Shown here: piece by piece, positions 36,765 through 45,406 of the stretch
Position numbering within the stretch: the stretch's first letter is position 1
How the letters are laid out: each line of letters opens with the position of its first letter
Position numbers and translations under genes: made by a program
The notes under the pieces: generated by a model
What the model saw: only the letters and a program-made list of their open reading frames with translations
The model's database searches: none
What the model was told of the DNA's origin: nothing
Assembly (NCBI GenBank): GCA_002420425.1
Contig: DIIC01000044.1
Span: 68,743 to 132,742, forward strand
DNA length: 64,000 nucleotides
Origin: Proteobacteria bacterium UBA5680
GTDB lineage: Bacteria; Pseudomonadota; Gammaproteobacteria; Arenicellales; UBA5680
Direction: 5' to 3'

Positions 36765-37204
36765 GGGTAGAGGCCATGCTCCTTGAGCAGTGCGGCGAAA
36801 TCAAACCCGCTCTCAAGAGTGACCGCACGTAACCAGGCCTCACTCTCTAACCCCTGATCAAGAAGCGCTATCATCCTCCTCAGGATGGGCTCAATCTGGC
36901 GGACCGTCATCCCATTGATCCTGAGTGCAGTGATAACATCTGCAAGATAACGCACCTCTGCCTGGCGACGGCGCTTTCCAAGATGGCGAAGCAGGGTGAC
37001 CTTTGGCCGTCTCTTGCCTTCAGCGGTCAGAAACAGCCACTCCCAGGCCTGCTTCAGGGGGCGCCACTCATGGTCTACGAGCAACACCTCGGCGCTACCT
37101 GCCCAGTAGTCGTTGTAACGCTGGCGATTTGAGGTGCTGGAAGATGAGAGCTGCTCCCAGGCCACCGTCCCCTTATATTTGATCGGTCTTCCTCGGGTTG
37201 CCAT
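36731..37204 (-). CDS. Hypothetical protein (basic, Trp-rich; possible HTH)
   Basis: 157-aa ORF starting 11 nt after the folA stop. Its 3' end overlaps the convergent RND gene by 34 nt. The segment INGMTVRQIEPILRRM is HTH-like. No family recognised. Confidence 0.4.
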   Translation of the reverse strand: MATRGRPIKYKGTVAWEQLSSSSTSNRQRYNDYWAGSAEVLLVDHEWRPLKQAWEWLFLTAEGKRRPKVTLLRHLGKRRRQAEVRYLADVITALRINGMTVRQIEPILRRMIALLDQGLESEAWLRAVTLESGFDFAALLKEHGLYPQERVSMEGSP

Positions 37205-37214
37205 CTATCGGTTC

Positions 37215-37712
37215 TTACCGTGCACTATTATGACGAAGGGTGTAGCGGCAACAGCTCAGGCGAGGGTCACCCTCGAGTACCCTCTTTTCACCCGCCTGCC
37301 ACTGCTCTGGATCAAGCTCAGGAAAATAGGTCAGGTGATCACCACTCACAAGATCAGGAACAAAAGTGACATCAACCCATTGGCAGAAAGGGAGAGCGGC
37401 GGCATAGACCTGGCCCCCACCGATAAACCAGACCTCGCCTTCACAAGTGGCCAGTGCGTCCCCAATCTGTGCAAATGTCTCGATGCCGCCAAGAGATCGG
37501 CGAGAGAGCACAAGATTGCGCCGACCGGGCAGTGGGCGTCCGCCGATCGACTCCCAGGTATGTCGGCCCATAATGATGGTGCTGCCCAGAGTCAGCCGTT
37601 TGAAGCGCTTAAGGTCTTCTGAGTAGTGCCAGGGAAGCCCGCCATCGATGCCAATCACCCGATCCGGGTTGACGGCAACAATGGCACCACAGATGATGGA
37701 TTGACTATTCAA
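37215..37712 (-). CDS. folA: Dihydrofolate reductase
   Basis: 165 aa. GIDGGLPWH, DLKRFKRLTLGSTIIMGRHTWESIG, RRNLVLSR and FIGGGQVY. Confidence 0.9.
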   Translation of the reverse strand: MNSQSIICGAIVAVNPDRVIGIDGGLPWHYSEDLKRFKRLTLGSTIIMGRHTWESIGGRPLPGRRNLVLSRRSLGGIETFAQIGDALATCEGEVWFIGGGQVYAAALPFCQWVDVTFVPDLVSGDHLTYFPELDPEQWQAGEKRVLEGDPRLSCCRYTLRHNSAR

Positions 37713-37718
37713 AATAAT

Positions 37719-38552
37719 TCAGACTGCAATCGGGGCAGGTATCGGTGGATGAGGGGCATAGCCGATAATCTCAAAGTCCTCAAAACGATAATCAAAAAGG
37801 GTCTCTGGTCTGCGGGCTATGGTGAGGTGGGGCAATTCCATAGGCTCTCTTCCGAGCTGCATCTTCACCTGTTCGAAATGATTGCTGTAGATATGAACAT
37901 CACCTCCTGACCATACCAGGGTTCCTGGCTCAAGCTCACACTGCTGGGCAACCATGTGCGTCAGGAAAGCATAGGAGGCGATGTTATAGGGGACTCCCAG
38001 AAAAGAGTCGGCACTTCGCTGGGTAAGCATACAGGAGAGCTTGCCCCCGGCAACATAAAACTGAACAAAAGCATGACAGGGTGCCAAGGCCATTCGCCCC
38101 GCAGCCACATTGGCCTGAGGGGAGATCGACTCATCGGGAAGGAGGGGCGGGTTCCAAGCCGAAAAGATATGGCGTCTGGAGTCGGGCCTCTCTCGCAAAC
38201 CTTTGACCAGTGCATCAATCTGGTCGATCACACCGCCGTCAGGGGTTGGCCAGGATCGCCATTGGGCCCCATAGACCGGTCCCAGCTCTCCGGCCTCGGT
38301 TGCCCACTCATCCCAGATAGAGACACCTTTCTCCCGCAGGTACCGGGTATTTGTATCACCACGAATAAACCAGAGCAGTTCATGAATAATGGAACGCAGA
38401 TGGAGTCTTTTAGTGGTTATCAGGGGAAAGCCCTGTTCCAGATCAAACTGCATCTGGTAGCCGAACAGGCTCTGTGTTCCGGTCCCGGTCCTGTCTCCTT
38501 TTATCACCCCATGGTCAAGAACATCCTGGAGCAGTTGGAGATATTTCTTCAT
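37719..38552 (-). CDS. thyA: Thymidylate synthase
   Basis: [53 protein letters not shown] (catalytic Cys), [14 protein letters not shown]. Start trimmed to ATG 38552; the ORF track extends to 38666. Confidence 0.95.
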   Translation of the reverse strand: MKKYLQLLQDVLDHGVIKGDRTGTGTQSLFGYQMQFDLEQGFPLITTKRLHLRSIIHELLWFIRGDTNTRYLREKGVSIWDEWATEAGELGPVYGAQWRSWPTPDGGVIDQIDALVKGLRERPDSRRHIFSAWNPPLLPDESISPQANVAAGRMALAPCHAFVQFYVAGGKLSCMLTQRSADSFLGVPYNIASYAFLTHMVAQQCELEPGTLVWSGGDVHIYSNHFEQVKMQLGREPMELPHLTIARRPETLFDYRFEDFEIIGYAPHPPIPAPIAV

Positions 38553-38562
38553 AAAAACTTCC

Positions 38563-39921
38563 CTAGCCGGCAACTGATTGAGAACTGAAATAGGATCTGA
38601 GAATTTGATTGGCCAGGGTTGCTGGCCGCACCTGCCACTTCTCAACATCAACAGTAAGGATAGCAAATGCTATCCGCCGATCCTTCAACATCGCATAACC
38701 CACAAACCAGTTGTTGGTCCCCTCCGGAGAATGACCACTCAGGCGGCCTGTTTTCCCCCCTACCTCTACACTCTTTCTGTGGCTTTTAAAAAAACGACTG
38801 AACTCCTTGCGCGCCGTCCCGCTCTTGACCGTCTCTGACATCAGCACCCTGAGGGAAGAGGCTGTTTTTGGCTTGATCACTTGCTCGCCGGGCTCACCAC
38901 TATCAGAGTAGACCAGAACGCCATCAGCCCGCTCAACCGCAGTGACAAGATGCGGGTGTGGAAGGCGGCCACTGTTGATTGCGGTGGCTGCCAGCAAAGC
39001 CCCATGAAGTGGGCTTATCAATGTATTTTCAGTAAACCCTGAAGCAACTTCAGCGGTAGACCACTTATCTTCTGCCTCAAACTCTGTCGTCCCAAGCTCA
39101 AACAAAAAATCACTCTTCAACCCCCGGTTAAACCCAAGCTGGGCAGCATAGTAGTTGAGTCGTTCACCTCCAACACGCTCGATCCCAAGCCGTGCAAAAT
39201 AGGGATTTGAAGATTGAGAAAAGGCTTTTGTCAGGGTTGACCGACGCGTCCACTTGTTGTTTTTGTGTCTCAGAACCTGGCTCTTATAGAGGGTTGTACT
39301 TTTCCCATTGAAGGGGATGACTGTTCCTGGGCTGGCCTTTCCAAGATCAATGGCCGCCGCTGCCGTTACAATCTTAAACACCGATGCCGCCGGAAAACGG
39401 GCCTGGAGTGCAAGATTCCCAAGTGGAGGCCCGCTCTTCTGGTGGCTGACCAAAGCCAAAACCTCACCACTGTCCGGATCAATCGCAGCAAAAGCGCCAT
39501 AGTCCGGCTGATAGCGATCAAACAGCCTTTCAGCCTCCTGCTGCAGTTTGTGGTCAAAGGTGTAGGTGATCTCTGCCTCAAAGGAGAGGTTCTGATCTCC
39601 AATGTTGATCTGACCCGGCAGCTGACCCTCGTCCAGCCCTGGGGTAACGACTCTGGCAAGATCATCTGCAGTTAGCGTCCAGGAGAGCTGCAAGCGCTCT
39701 TCCGGCACCTCCAGTGTAGAAGCCCAGGTTAGCGCCACCACAGCGATCCCCGCCACACCTGACATCTTCAACCAGTAGGCCGGGTGGGTCAGCCCCCCCC
39801 TTACCTTCCACTTCTTTGGCTTTGGTGGCACCGTCGGACGCACCCGTATCGCATGGTTGGCCTGTCCCCGGCCCACTCGGCTGTTTCGTGACTTTCTGAA
39901 GATCTGTTTTAGGTTGTCCAT
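38563..39921 (-). CDS. Membrane-anchored penicillin-binding-protein-type transpeptidase domain protein
   Basis: 452 aa. One N-terminal TM, SxxK (ASVFK), SxN (QSSNPY) and KTG (GGKTGRL) motifs. Shorter than classical PBP2 or PBP3. Confidence 0.7.
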   Translation of the reverse strand: MDNLKQIFRKSRNSRVGRGQANHAIRVRPTVPPKPKKWKVRGGLTHPAYWLKMSGVAGIAVVALTWASTLEVPEERLQLSWTLTADDLARVVTPGLDEGQLPGQINIGDQNLSFEAEITYTFDHKLQQEAERLFDRYQPDYGAFAAIDPDSGEVLALVSHQKSGPPLGNLALQARFPAASVFKIVTAAAAIDLGKASPGTVIPFNGKSTTLYKSQVLRHKNNKWTRRSTLTKAFSQSSNPYFARLGIERVGGERLNYYAAQLGFNRGLKSDFLFELGTTEFEAEDKWSTAEVASGFTENTLISPLHGALLAATAINSGRLPHPHLVTAVERADGVLVYSDSGEPGEQVIKPKTASSLRVLMSETVKSGTARKEFSRFFKSHRKSVEVGGKTGRLSGHSPEGTNNWFVGYAMLKDRRIAFAILTVDVEKWQVRPATLANQILRSYFSSQSVAG

Positions 39922-40334
39922 GGAAGATGTGGAGAAACTACTTAATAAAGGCGCCCTATTCTACCGATACCGACTATCGGAATGAATCGGTTTGATTGAA
40001 AAACCACTTTCTCGCCACCTATCAGAGAAAACTGTCACCACTCCATCCACAACAGGGATCACCACTACCCCATCAGGCGATCTAAATGGGTGTAAGACGT
40101 CCACAGAGGACACTACTTGGTCTTAAAAAAAATAACAGCAGACAGCAACTGGCGGCTTAAAAAAAAGGAATCGAAGGTATTTGCGCATAGTTCGTGTGTC
40201 CCTTCGACCGCTTTTCCGATCAACTATCTACCATATAGCGGCTGATCCTGGCCAGCGTCATATACAGAAACTCTGCTTCTCAGGGATTACACCTCTAACG
40301 CCACCTCGTGGATTACCCTTCCTGGTCTTAAATC

Positions 40335-41057
40335 TCATTCATCCAGCAGAAAGTCACGAGCCTGGTTGATTCGTGCTGAAAGATAATCTGAGCCACCCCG
40401 ATCCGGATGAAGCTTCTGAATCAGACGCCGATGAGCGGCAATAATAGTGTCACGTCCTGCATCAGCCTCAACCCCCAGAATCTCCTCTGCCTCTTTCTTG
40501 CTCATTGATATTGGACTTTGGGCGCCCGCTACCCCTTCACCGGCCCCACCACCCTCTACCTGTTCCCTCCAGATATCACCGTGCAAGCGATCAAGGTAGG
40601 CTTCAAGAATAGAGAGGGATTGGAGATCCTCTCTGCACTGGGTGTGCAATTTCAATAAAGACTCAAGGGCCATTGCCTCAAGCCTCTGGCCCTCAAACCC
40701 ACCCTCAAGCACTTCACCGGCCATGGCGCCACTGTCATGGTCAAGGGTCACTCTGAGAAACCGAGTTGTAACGGCCGATGATTTCCCTCCTGTCGACCCT
40801 TTGAAGGCTTGGAATGTGTCATAGGTCCGCTTGGCAATCAGTGCTCTTTGCAACCAGGGGATCAACGCCCCAAGAAGAGCAAACAACCAGGGAAGCCTCC
40901 CCGTGACAATGAGCAGCACCAGGATACCGGCCCCACCATAGAGGGCCGTCATCACAAGCATCTTTCTGCGCTGCTCAGGAGTGAGCCGTCCAAGCCGGGA
41001 GAAGACCCACATCAGGCCGATGAGCCCCACTACAGCAAGAAATAATTTGGCTGCCAT
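40335..41057 (-). CDS. Membrane protein with C-terminal J-domain (DnaJ-like co-chaperone)
   Basis: 240 aa. Two or three N-terminal TM helices, a conserved middle segment FLRVTLDHDSGAMAGEVLEGGFEGQRL, and a C-terminal J domain with HPD (LIQKLHPDRGGSDYLSARINQARDFLL). Confidence 0.8.
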   Translation of the reverse strand: MAAKLFLAVVGLIGLMWVFSRLGRLTPEQRRKMLVMTALYGGAGILVLLIVTGRLPWLFALLGALIPWLQRALIAKRTYDTFQAFKGSTGGKSSAVTTRFLRVTLDHDSGAMAGEVLEGGFEGQRLEAMALESLLKLHTQCREDLQSLSILEAYLDRLHGDIWREQVEGGGAGEGVAGAQSPISMSKKEAEEILGVEADAGRDTIIAAHRRLIQKLHPDRGGSDYLSARINQARDFLLDE

Positions 41058-41065
41058 CCCTCTCG

Positions 41066-41770
41066 TTACTCTTTTAGTTGGTGGATCAGTCTTTGGGTCA
41101 CCCCACCCTGTTTAGTGGAGAAGGCCTTGAGCGCCTCTTGCCCCCCTGAAGCATAGACAGCAACAGCAGCAAGAAGGTCGCTTAACTGTTGCGGGCTGTT
41201 GCTGTCGAACTGACAACACGCTCCGTTTGATAATTTTGCCATCTCGCTAAAGGCTCGGATAGTCCTGGGATCACTGCCCTCATGAAATGCGAATATGGGC
41301 ACCCCAAGCAGCCCCAGTCTGGCCGCCTGATGGGCCACGCTGTCCAGTCCCTCCTCCATCGCATCACCTACAAATACCAGAGCATCTATTCGTTTTGCCT
41401 CTGTCTCTGTTGCGGTATGTTTAAGCACCCGCTCAATCTGGGTCCGCCCAGCGATACAACTTACCGCCCCCATGAGGGCGAGCAGATCCAGGCTGTTGTT
41501 GGTCCATCGGCTGGCACGACACTCCGCAAAGCCACGGTAGTAGACAAGTTGGACCTCAAGTCCACCCAGGGCAGCACTGCGGGCAAACATCTCCCCCTGG
41601 ATTGAACTTGCCTGCGACCAGGTCAACTCCCGACTTGCCGTAGCGTCCATAGCAAAGACCAGACGTCCCCGGCCTTGTGGTCGGTTTGATAGGGAAGAAG
41701 CGCGCTTGAGAAAAGTATCAACCTCTGATTGGGACGAGCGTTTTGAGAGTGGCTGTTTAGAATCGGTCAT
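41066..41770 (-). CDS. von Willebrand factor A (VWA) domain protein
   Basis: 234 aa. MIDAS-like LVFAMDATASRE and a Rossmann-like alternation (ALVFVGDAMEE). Its start overlaps the pepN stop (ATGA). Confidence 0.65.
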   Translation of the reverse strand: MTDSKQPLSKRSSQSEVDTFLKRASSLSNRPQGRGRLVFAMDATASRELTWSQASSIQGEMFARSAALGGLEVQLVYYRGFAECRASRWTNNSLDLLALMGAVSCIAGRTQIERVLKHTATETEAKRIDALVFVGDAMEEGLDSVAHQAARLGLLGVPIFAFHEGSDPRTIRAFSEMAKLSNGACCQFDSNSPQQLSDLLAAVAVYASGGQEALKAFSTKQGGVTQRLIHQLKE

Positions 41771-44472
41771 CTGCTCTCTCTGTGGTCATTGAGGATAAGT
41801 GACACTATTTCATTGAGGTCACGAGAGAGCCCTGGCATGCTCACTATCTTGTCCAGCTCACCCCTCATCATCTCCTGCCGATCCTGATCATACCGCCTCC
41901 ATCGACTAAAAGCAGTTGCCAGACGGGCGGCAATCTGGGGATTGAGGGTATCAAGCTGCCTGACCTGTTCACCCAGAAACCGATAGCCCTGCCCAGTTGG
42001 TTCATGAAACCTTAGATGATTTCCCATCGAAAACGTGCCCACCAGAGCACGCACCCGGTTAGGGTTTTTAAGGGTGAAGTGAGAATCCTGCATCAACAGA
42101 GTGACCTGATCAATTGTATCTTCTCTATAAGAGAGGGCCTGAAGAGAGAGCCACTTATCCAGTACCAGTGGTTCATCCGCCCAATCCTTTCGAAACTGAT
42201 CCAGCACCACACGCCTCTGTGGGGTGTTGGAGTGTATAAGGCAGCTCAGGGCGGCAACACGATCTGTCATGTTGCCAGCCCCTTCAAACTGACTCACGGC
42301 AAGTGACAGACCCTCTTCATTATCCCCAACGCAGAGATATTGAAGCATTAGATTACGCAGCTGACGCTTGCCCACTGATGCAGCGTCAATAGCATCAGGC
42401 GACAATCCTGACAGCCCCTCAAAGTGTCCCAGGAGCTGGGGATAGAGTTTGTTTACCAATGCCGTTTTTAACGTTTGGCGTGCCCGGTGCACTGCCTCGG
42501 GGTCAACCACTTGCTGGATCTCCGCCAATAATGCCTCCCCTGGCAGGGTCAGCAACTGGGCGACAAATGCAGGGTCATCTTCCGGCTCCTTGAGAAGGGC
42601 GCTTACGGCATTGATGAAAGCCCCTCCAATATTCTGGGTCGGATCACTGATCGCCATGACCATCGCCTTGAGTGCCAGCTTCTGCCCCCCCTCCCAGCGG
42701 TTAAAGGGATCACTGTCATAGGCCATAAGAGAGGCATGCTCGGCATCTTCAAAATCATCATGAAGCCTGATTGGAGAGGACAAACCTCGCAGCAGTGAGG
42801 GCAGGGGCTCTTCCTTTAAGCCACCGAAAACAAACTCCTCTTCTGTTTGACAGAGATGGATGACCCCGCTTTTTGAGGCCCCCTCCCGCTCTCTGACAAG
42901 CTCAATGCGTCCCTCTACAGGGTGGAGTTCAACGGGATCTCCCTCTGGGCCCAAGAGCGCAAAGGTGAGTGGGATATGAAAAGGGCTCTTCTCTGGCTGC
43001 CCTGGTGTGGGTGGACACGTCTGTGTCAGCCCTAGGGTGAAGATGCCTCTCTCTGGATCCCAACTACGCCTCACGCTGACCTCTGGCGTGCCTGACTGGG
43101 TATACCAGAGACGAAACTGCGTTAGATCCAGCGCTCCTGAAGTTGCCATCACCTCAAGAAAGTGATCAATGGTGACGGCCTGGCCGTCATATCTATTGAA
43201 ATAACGATCAGTCGCCTGCCGAAACCGGGTCGGGCCAAGCATCTCGGCGAGCATCCTTACCACTTCTGCCCCTTTTTCATAGACCGTGGCGGTGTAGAAG
43301 TTACTGATCTCCAGATAGCTGTCGGGTTGTACAGAATGAGCGGTTGGGCCCGCATCCTCTCTGAATTGGTGGTTGCGCAACATATTGATATCACTGACCC
43401 GCTTAACCCCCCGTGACGTAGTGTCAGCGCTAAACTCCTGATCACGATAGACGGTAAAGCCCTCTTTGAGTGAGAGCTGAAACCAGTCCCGACAGGTCAC
43501 CCGATTGCCTGACCAGTTATGGAAGTATTCATGGGCAATAACGCTCTCTACCAGCTGAAAGTCACTGTCAGTGGAGGTATCTGGTCTTGCCAGGAGATAA
43601 CGGGAGTTAAAAATATTAAGCCCCTTGTTTTCCATGGCGCCACTATTGAAATCGTCGATGGCAACAACCATGTAGCAATCAAGGTCATACTCTCGGCCGA
43701 AAACATGCTCATCCCATGCCATCGCCTTATGGATGGCAGCAAGGGCATGATGGCACTGGTCTATATTGTGGTCTTCGGCATAGACATGGATCCCGACAGA
43801 GCGGCCGCTCTGGGTGGTAAAGGTATTGCTTAGGGCGGCAAAATCACCCGCAACAAGCGCAAAAAGATAGCTCGGTTTTGGAAAAGGGTCATGCCAGGTG
43901 GCAAAATGGCGGCCCCGATCAAGCTTGCCCTCTTTGACCAGGTTCCCATTGGAGAGCAGAAGAGGATAGCGCTTCCGATCTGCCGCTATGGTGACAGTAA
44001 AAACGGCAAGCACATCCGGGCGATCGGTAAAATAGGTAATGCGGCGAAAACCCTCAGCTTCACACTGGGTACAGAAGTGGCCTGAAGAGCGATAGAGCCC
44101 CTTCAGCTTGGTATTCTCCTGGGGTTTTATCGAGGTTTTAATCTCGAGTAAAAAGGCGTCCGGGGCTTCCAACAGGGTCAAGCCCCTCTCGCTGGCATAA
44201 TAGTCCTCTCTGTCCAGCTCACGACCATCGACCCTGATTGAGATCAGGGTGAGCTCTTCTCCATCAAGCTCCAGTGGCTGACCACTCCCCTCCTCACTGC
44301 GAACCACCTGTAGCTGTGCAGTGACCACCGCTCCCTCCTCCTCCAGATCAAAGTGGAGATTTGCCGTCACAATATGAAAATCGGGAGGCCTGTAATCTGC
44401 CAGTCGGGTCACTACCGAATCCCCGTCTAACTCTCTCTTGCCCTGGAGAGGGCTCACCAGCTCTCTCTCCAA
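41767..44472 (-). CDS. pepN: Aminopeptidase N
   Basis: 901 aa. GAMENKG exopeptidase motif, the HEYFHNWSGNRVTCRDWFQLSLKEGFT zinc site and a long C-terminal ERAP-like domain. Confidence 0.95.
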   Translation of the reverse strand: MERELVSPLQGKRELDGDSVVTRLADYRPPDFHIVTANLHFDLEEEGAVVTAQLQVVRSEEGSGQPLELDGEELTLISIRVDGRELDREDYYASERGLTLLEAPDAFLLEIKTSIKPQENTKLKGLYRSSGHFCTQCEAEGFRRITYFTDRPDVLAVFTVTIAADRKRYPLLLSNGNLVKEGKLDRGRHFATWHDPFPKPSYLFALVAGDFAALSNTFTTQSGRSVGIHVYAEDHNIDQCHHALAAIHKAMAWDEHVFGREYDLDCYMVVAIDDFNSGAMENKGLNIFNSRYLLARPDTSTDSDFQLVESVIAHEYFHNWSGNRVTCRDWFQLSLKEGFTVYRDQEFSADTTSRGVKRVSDINMLRNHQFREDAGPTAHSVQPDSYLEISNFYTATVYEKGAEVVRMLAEMLGPTRFRQATDRYFNRYDGQAVTIDHFLEVMATSGALDLTQFRLWYTQSGTPEVSVRRSWDPERGIFTLGLTQTCPPTPGQPEKSPFHIPLTFALLGPEGDPVELHPVEGRIELVREREGASKSGVIHLCQTEEEFVFGGLKEEPLPSLLRGLSSPIRLHDDFEDAEHASLMAYDSDPFNRWEGGQKLALKAMVMAISDPTQNIGGAFINAVSALLKEPEDDPAFVAQLLTLPGEALLAEIQQVVDPEAVHRARQTLKTALVNKLYPQLLGHFEGLSGLSPDAIDAASVGKRQLRNLMLQYLCVGDNEEGLSLAVSQFEGAGNMTDRVAALSCLIHSNTPQRRVVLDQFRKDWADEPLVLDKWLSLQALSYREDTIDQVTLLMQDSHFTLKNPNRVRALVGTFSMGNHLRFHEPTGQGYRFLGEQVRQLDTLNPQIAARLATAFSRWRRYDQDRQEMMRGELDKIVSMPGLSRDLNEIVSLILNDHRESR

Positions 44473-44729
44473 AAGGCGATAAAGACTGTCACTCTCTCCC
44501 TGGCGGCAGGATCATGGGGGACATCACAACGGCAAGAGCCATTGACAGTGCGTTCAGCCTCATAGACCACAGCTGCCAGAGATTCAGGGCCTGGATCGGC
44601 CAGGATTCCCCCCTCAACCGGATTGCAGTATGCAAGCTCCACCCCTAAAGATGAGAGCGCCTGATAGACACGGTCTTGACGACGGCCAGGAACATGGTGA
44701 GGAAGAAGTATTGTATTTGGTCTGGCCAT
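44454..44729 (-). CDS. Hypothetical ORF, possibly a relic of a class I glutamine amidotransferase-like N-terminus
   Basis: ARPNTILLPHHVPGRRQDRVYQALSSLGVELAYCNPVEGGILADPG..LAAVV loosely resembles the first ~60 aa of GATase1-like proteins and then diverges. It overlaps the pepN start. Weak call. Confidence 0.25.
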   Translation of the reverse strand: MARPNTILLPHHVPGRRQDRVYQALSSLGVELAYCNPVEGGILADPGPESLAAVVYEAERTVNGSCRCDVPHDPAARERVTVFIAFWRESW

Positions 44730-44750
44730 TGGCACAATAGAGCCCAATCT

Positions 44751-45029
44751 TTAAGCGGTTACCAACAGCAAGATGACCAGAACCACCACCGCCAGCAAAG
44801 GCCATATGAGGGCAGACCACTCTTTTGGAGCCTCCTTACTCTGGTTGACCATGTAGCGCACACCGGGCCAAAACCAGATAAGCACCAGTACTCCCGCCAC
44901 TCCAAGCAATAACTTTTCCCAGGTCTGTAATGGATCCAACTCTTTTCTCCTTTTCTGTCCAGCACAGAGGTCGATAATGCTGCTCTTTTGGTTATTTGTC
45001 CCCAAGCGCCGACATTCGAGACGATGCAC
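44751..45029 (-). CDS. Hypothetical 2-TM small membrane protein (start uncertain)
   Basis: The ORF has two hydrophobic spans (LLLGVAGVLVLIWFW, LIWPLLAVVVLVILLLV). An alternative frame, 44759-45043, competes. Confidence 0.3.
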   Translation of the reverse strand: MHRLECRRLGTNNQKSSIIDLCAGQKRRKELDPLQTWEKLLLGVAGVLVLIWFWPGVRYMVNQSKEAPKEWSALIWPLLAVVVLVILLLVTA

Positions 45030-45186
45030 TTCGTTCGGATCACTCCAAAACGTTGGAAATTATAGTGGAAAAACTAAATTTGAGCGCAGGAGGAAAAACT
45101 GCCAATAAAGGTCTACAATGTATATCAGGTGCATGGTACAGGATGCACTTAAACCCATATTCACAATCCAACAGCGAGGTGGCTCT

Positions 45187-45393
45187 ATGAGTGAAGAATC
45201 AAAAGATGATCTCAACGAGAAGCTTGGTCAGTTGCGGAGTGAGCATCGAGACCTGGATGATATCCTCACCCGAATGTCAGATGACCACTCAATCAATGAC
45301 CTGCAGCTGAAGCGGATGAAAAAACGCAAGCTCTACCTAAAAGACGCCATTACTAGACTAGAAACTGAGTTATTACCCGATATGAGGGCCTAA
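45187..45393 (+). CDS. DUF465 (YdcH-like) protein
   Basis: 68 aa from ATG 45187. LRSEHRDLDDIL...LQLKRMKKRKLYLKDAI is the DUF465 signature. Confidence 0.75.
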   Translation: MSEESKDDLNEKLGQLRSEHRDLDDILTRMSDDHSINDLQLKRMKKRKLYLKDAITRLETELLPDMRA

Positions 45394-45406
45394 TCCCTCC
45401 CGGGAC

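Noticed and set aside
37956-38588. 210-aa ORF antisense to thyA.
   Set aside because: thyA on the minus strand is unambiguous, and the antisense product has no recognisable features.
40100-40334. Possible small RNA or terminator in the 413-bp gap between the PBP-like gene and the J-domain gene. Features noted: A-runs flanking taacagcagacagcaactggcggctt, the ccgataccgactatcgg hairpin at about 39965-39981, and duplicated ggattac.
   Set aside because: The hairpins are short (4-6 bp) and lack adjacent U-runs. No promoter-terminator pair could be defined by eye, so the evidence is insufficient to call a feature.
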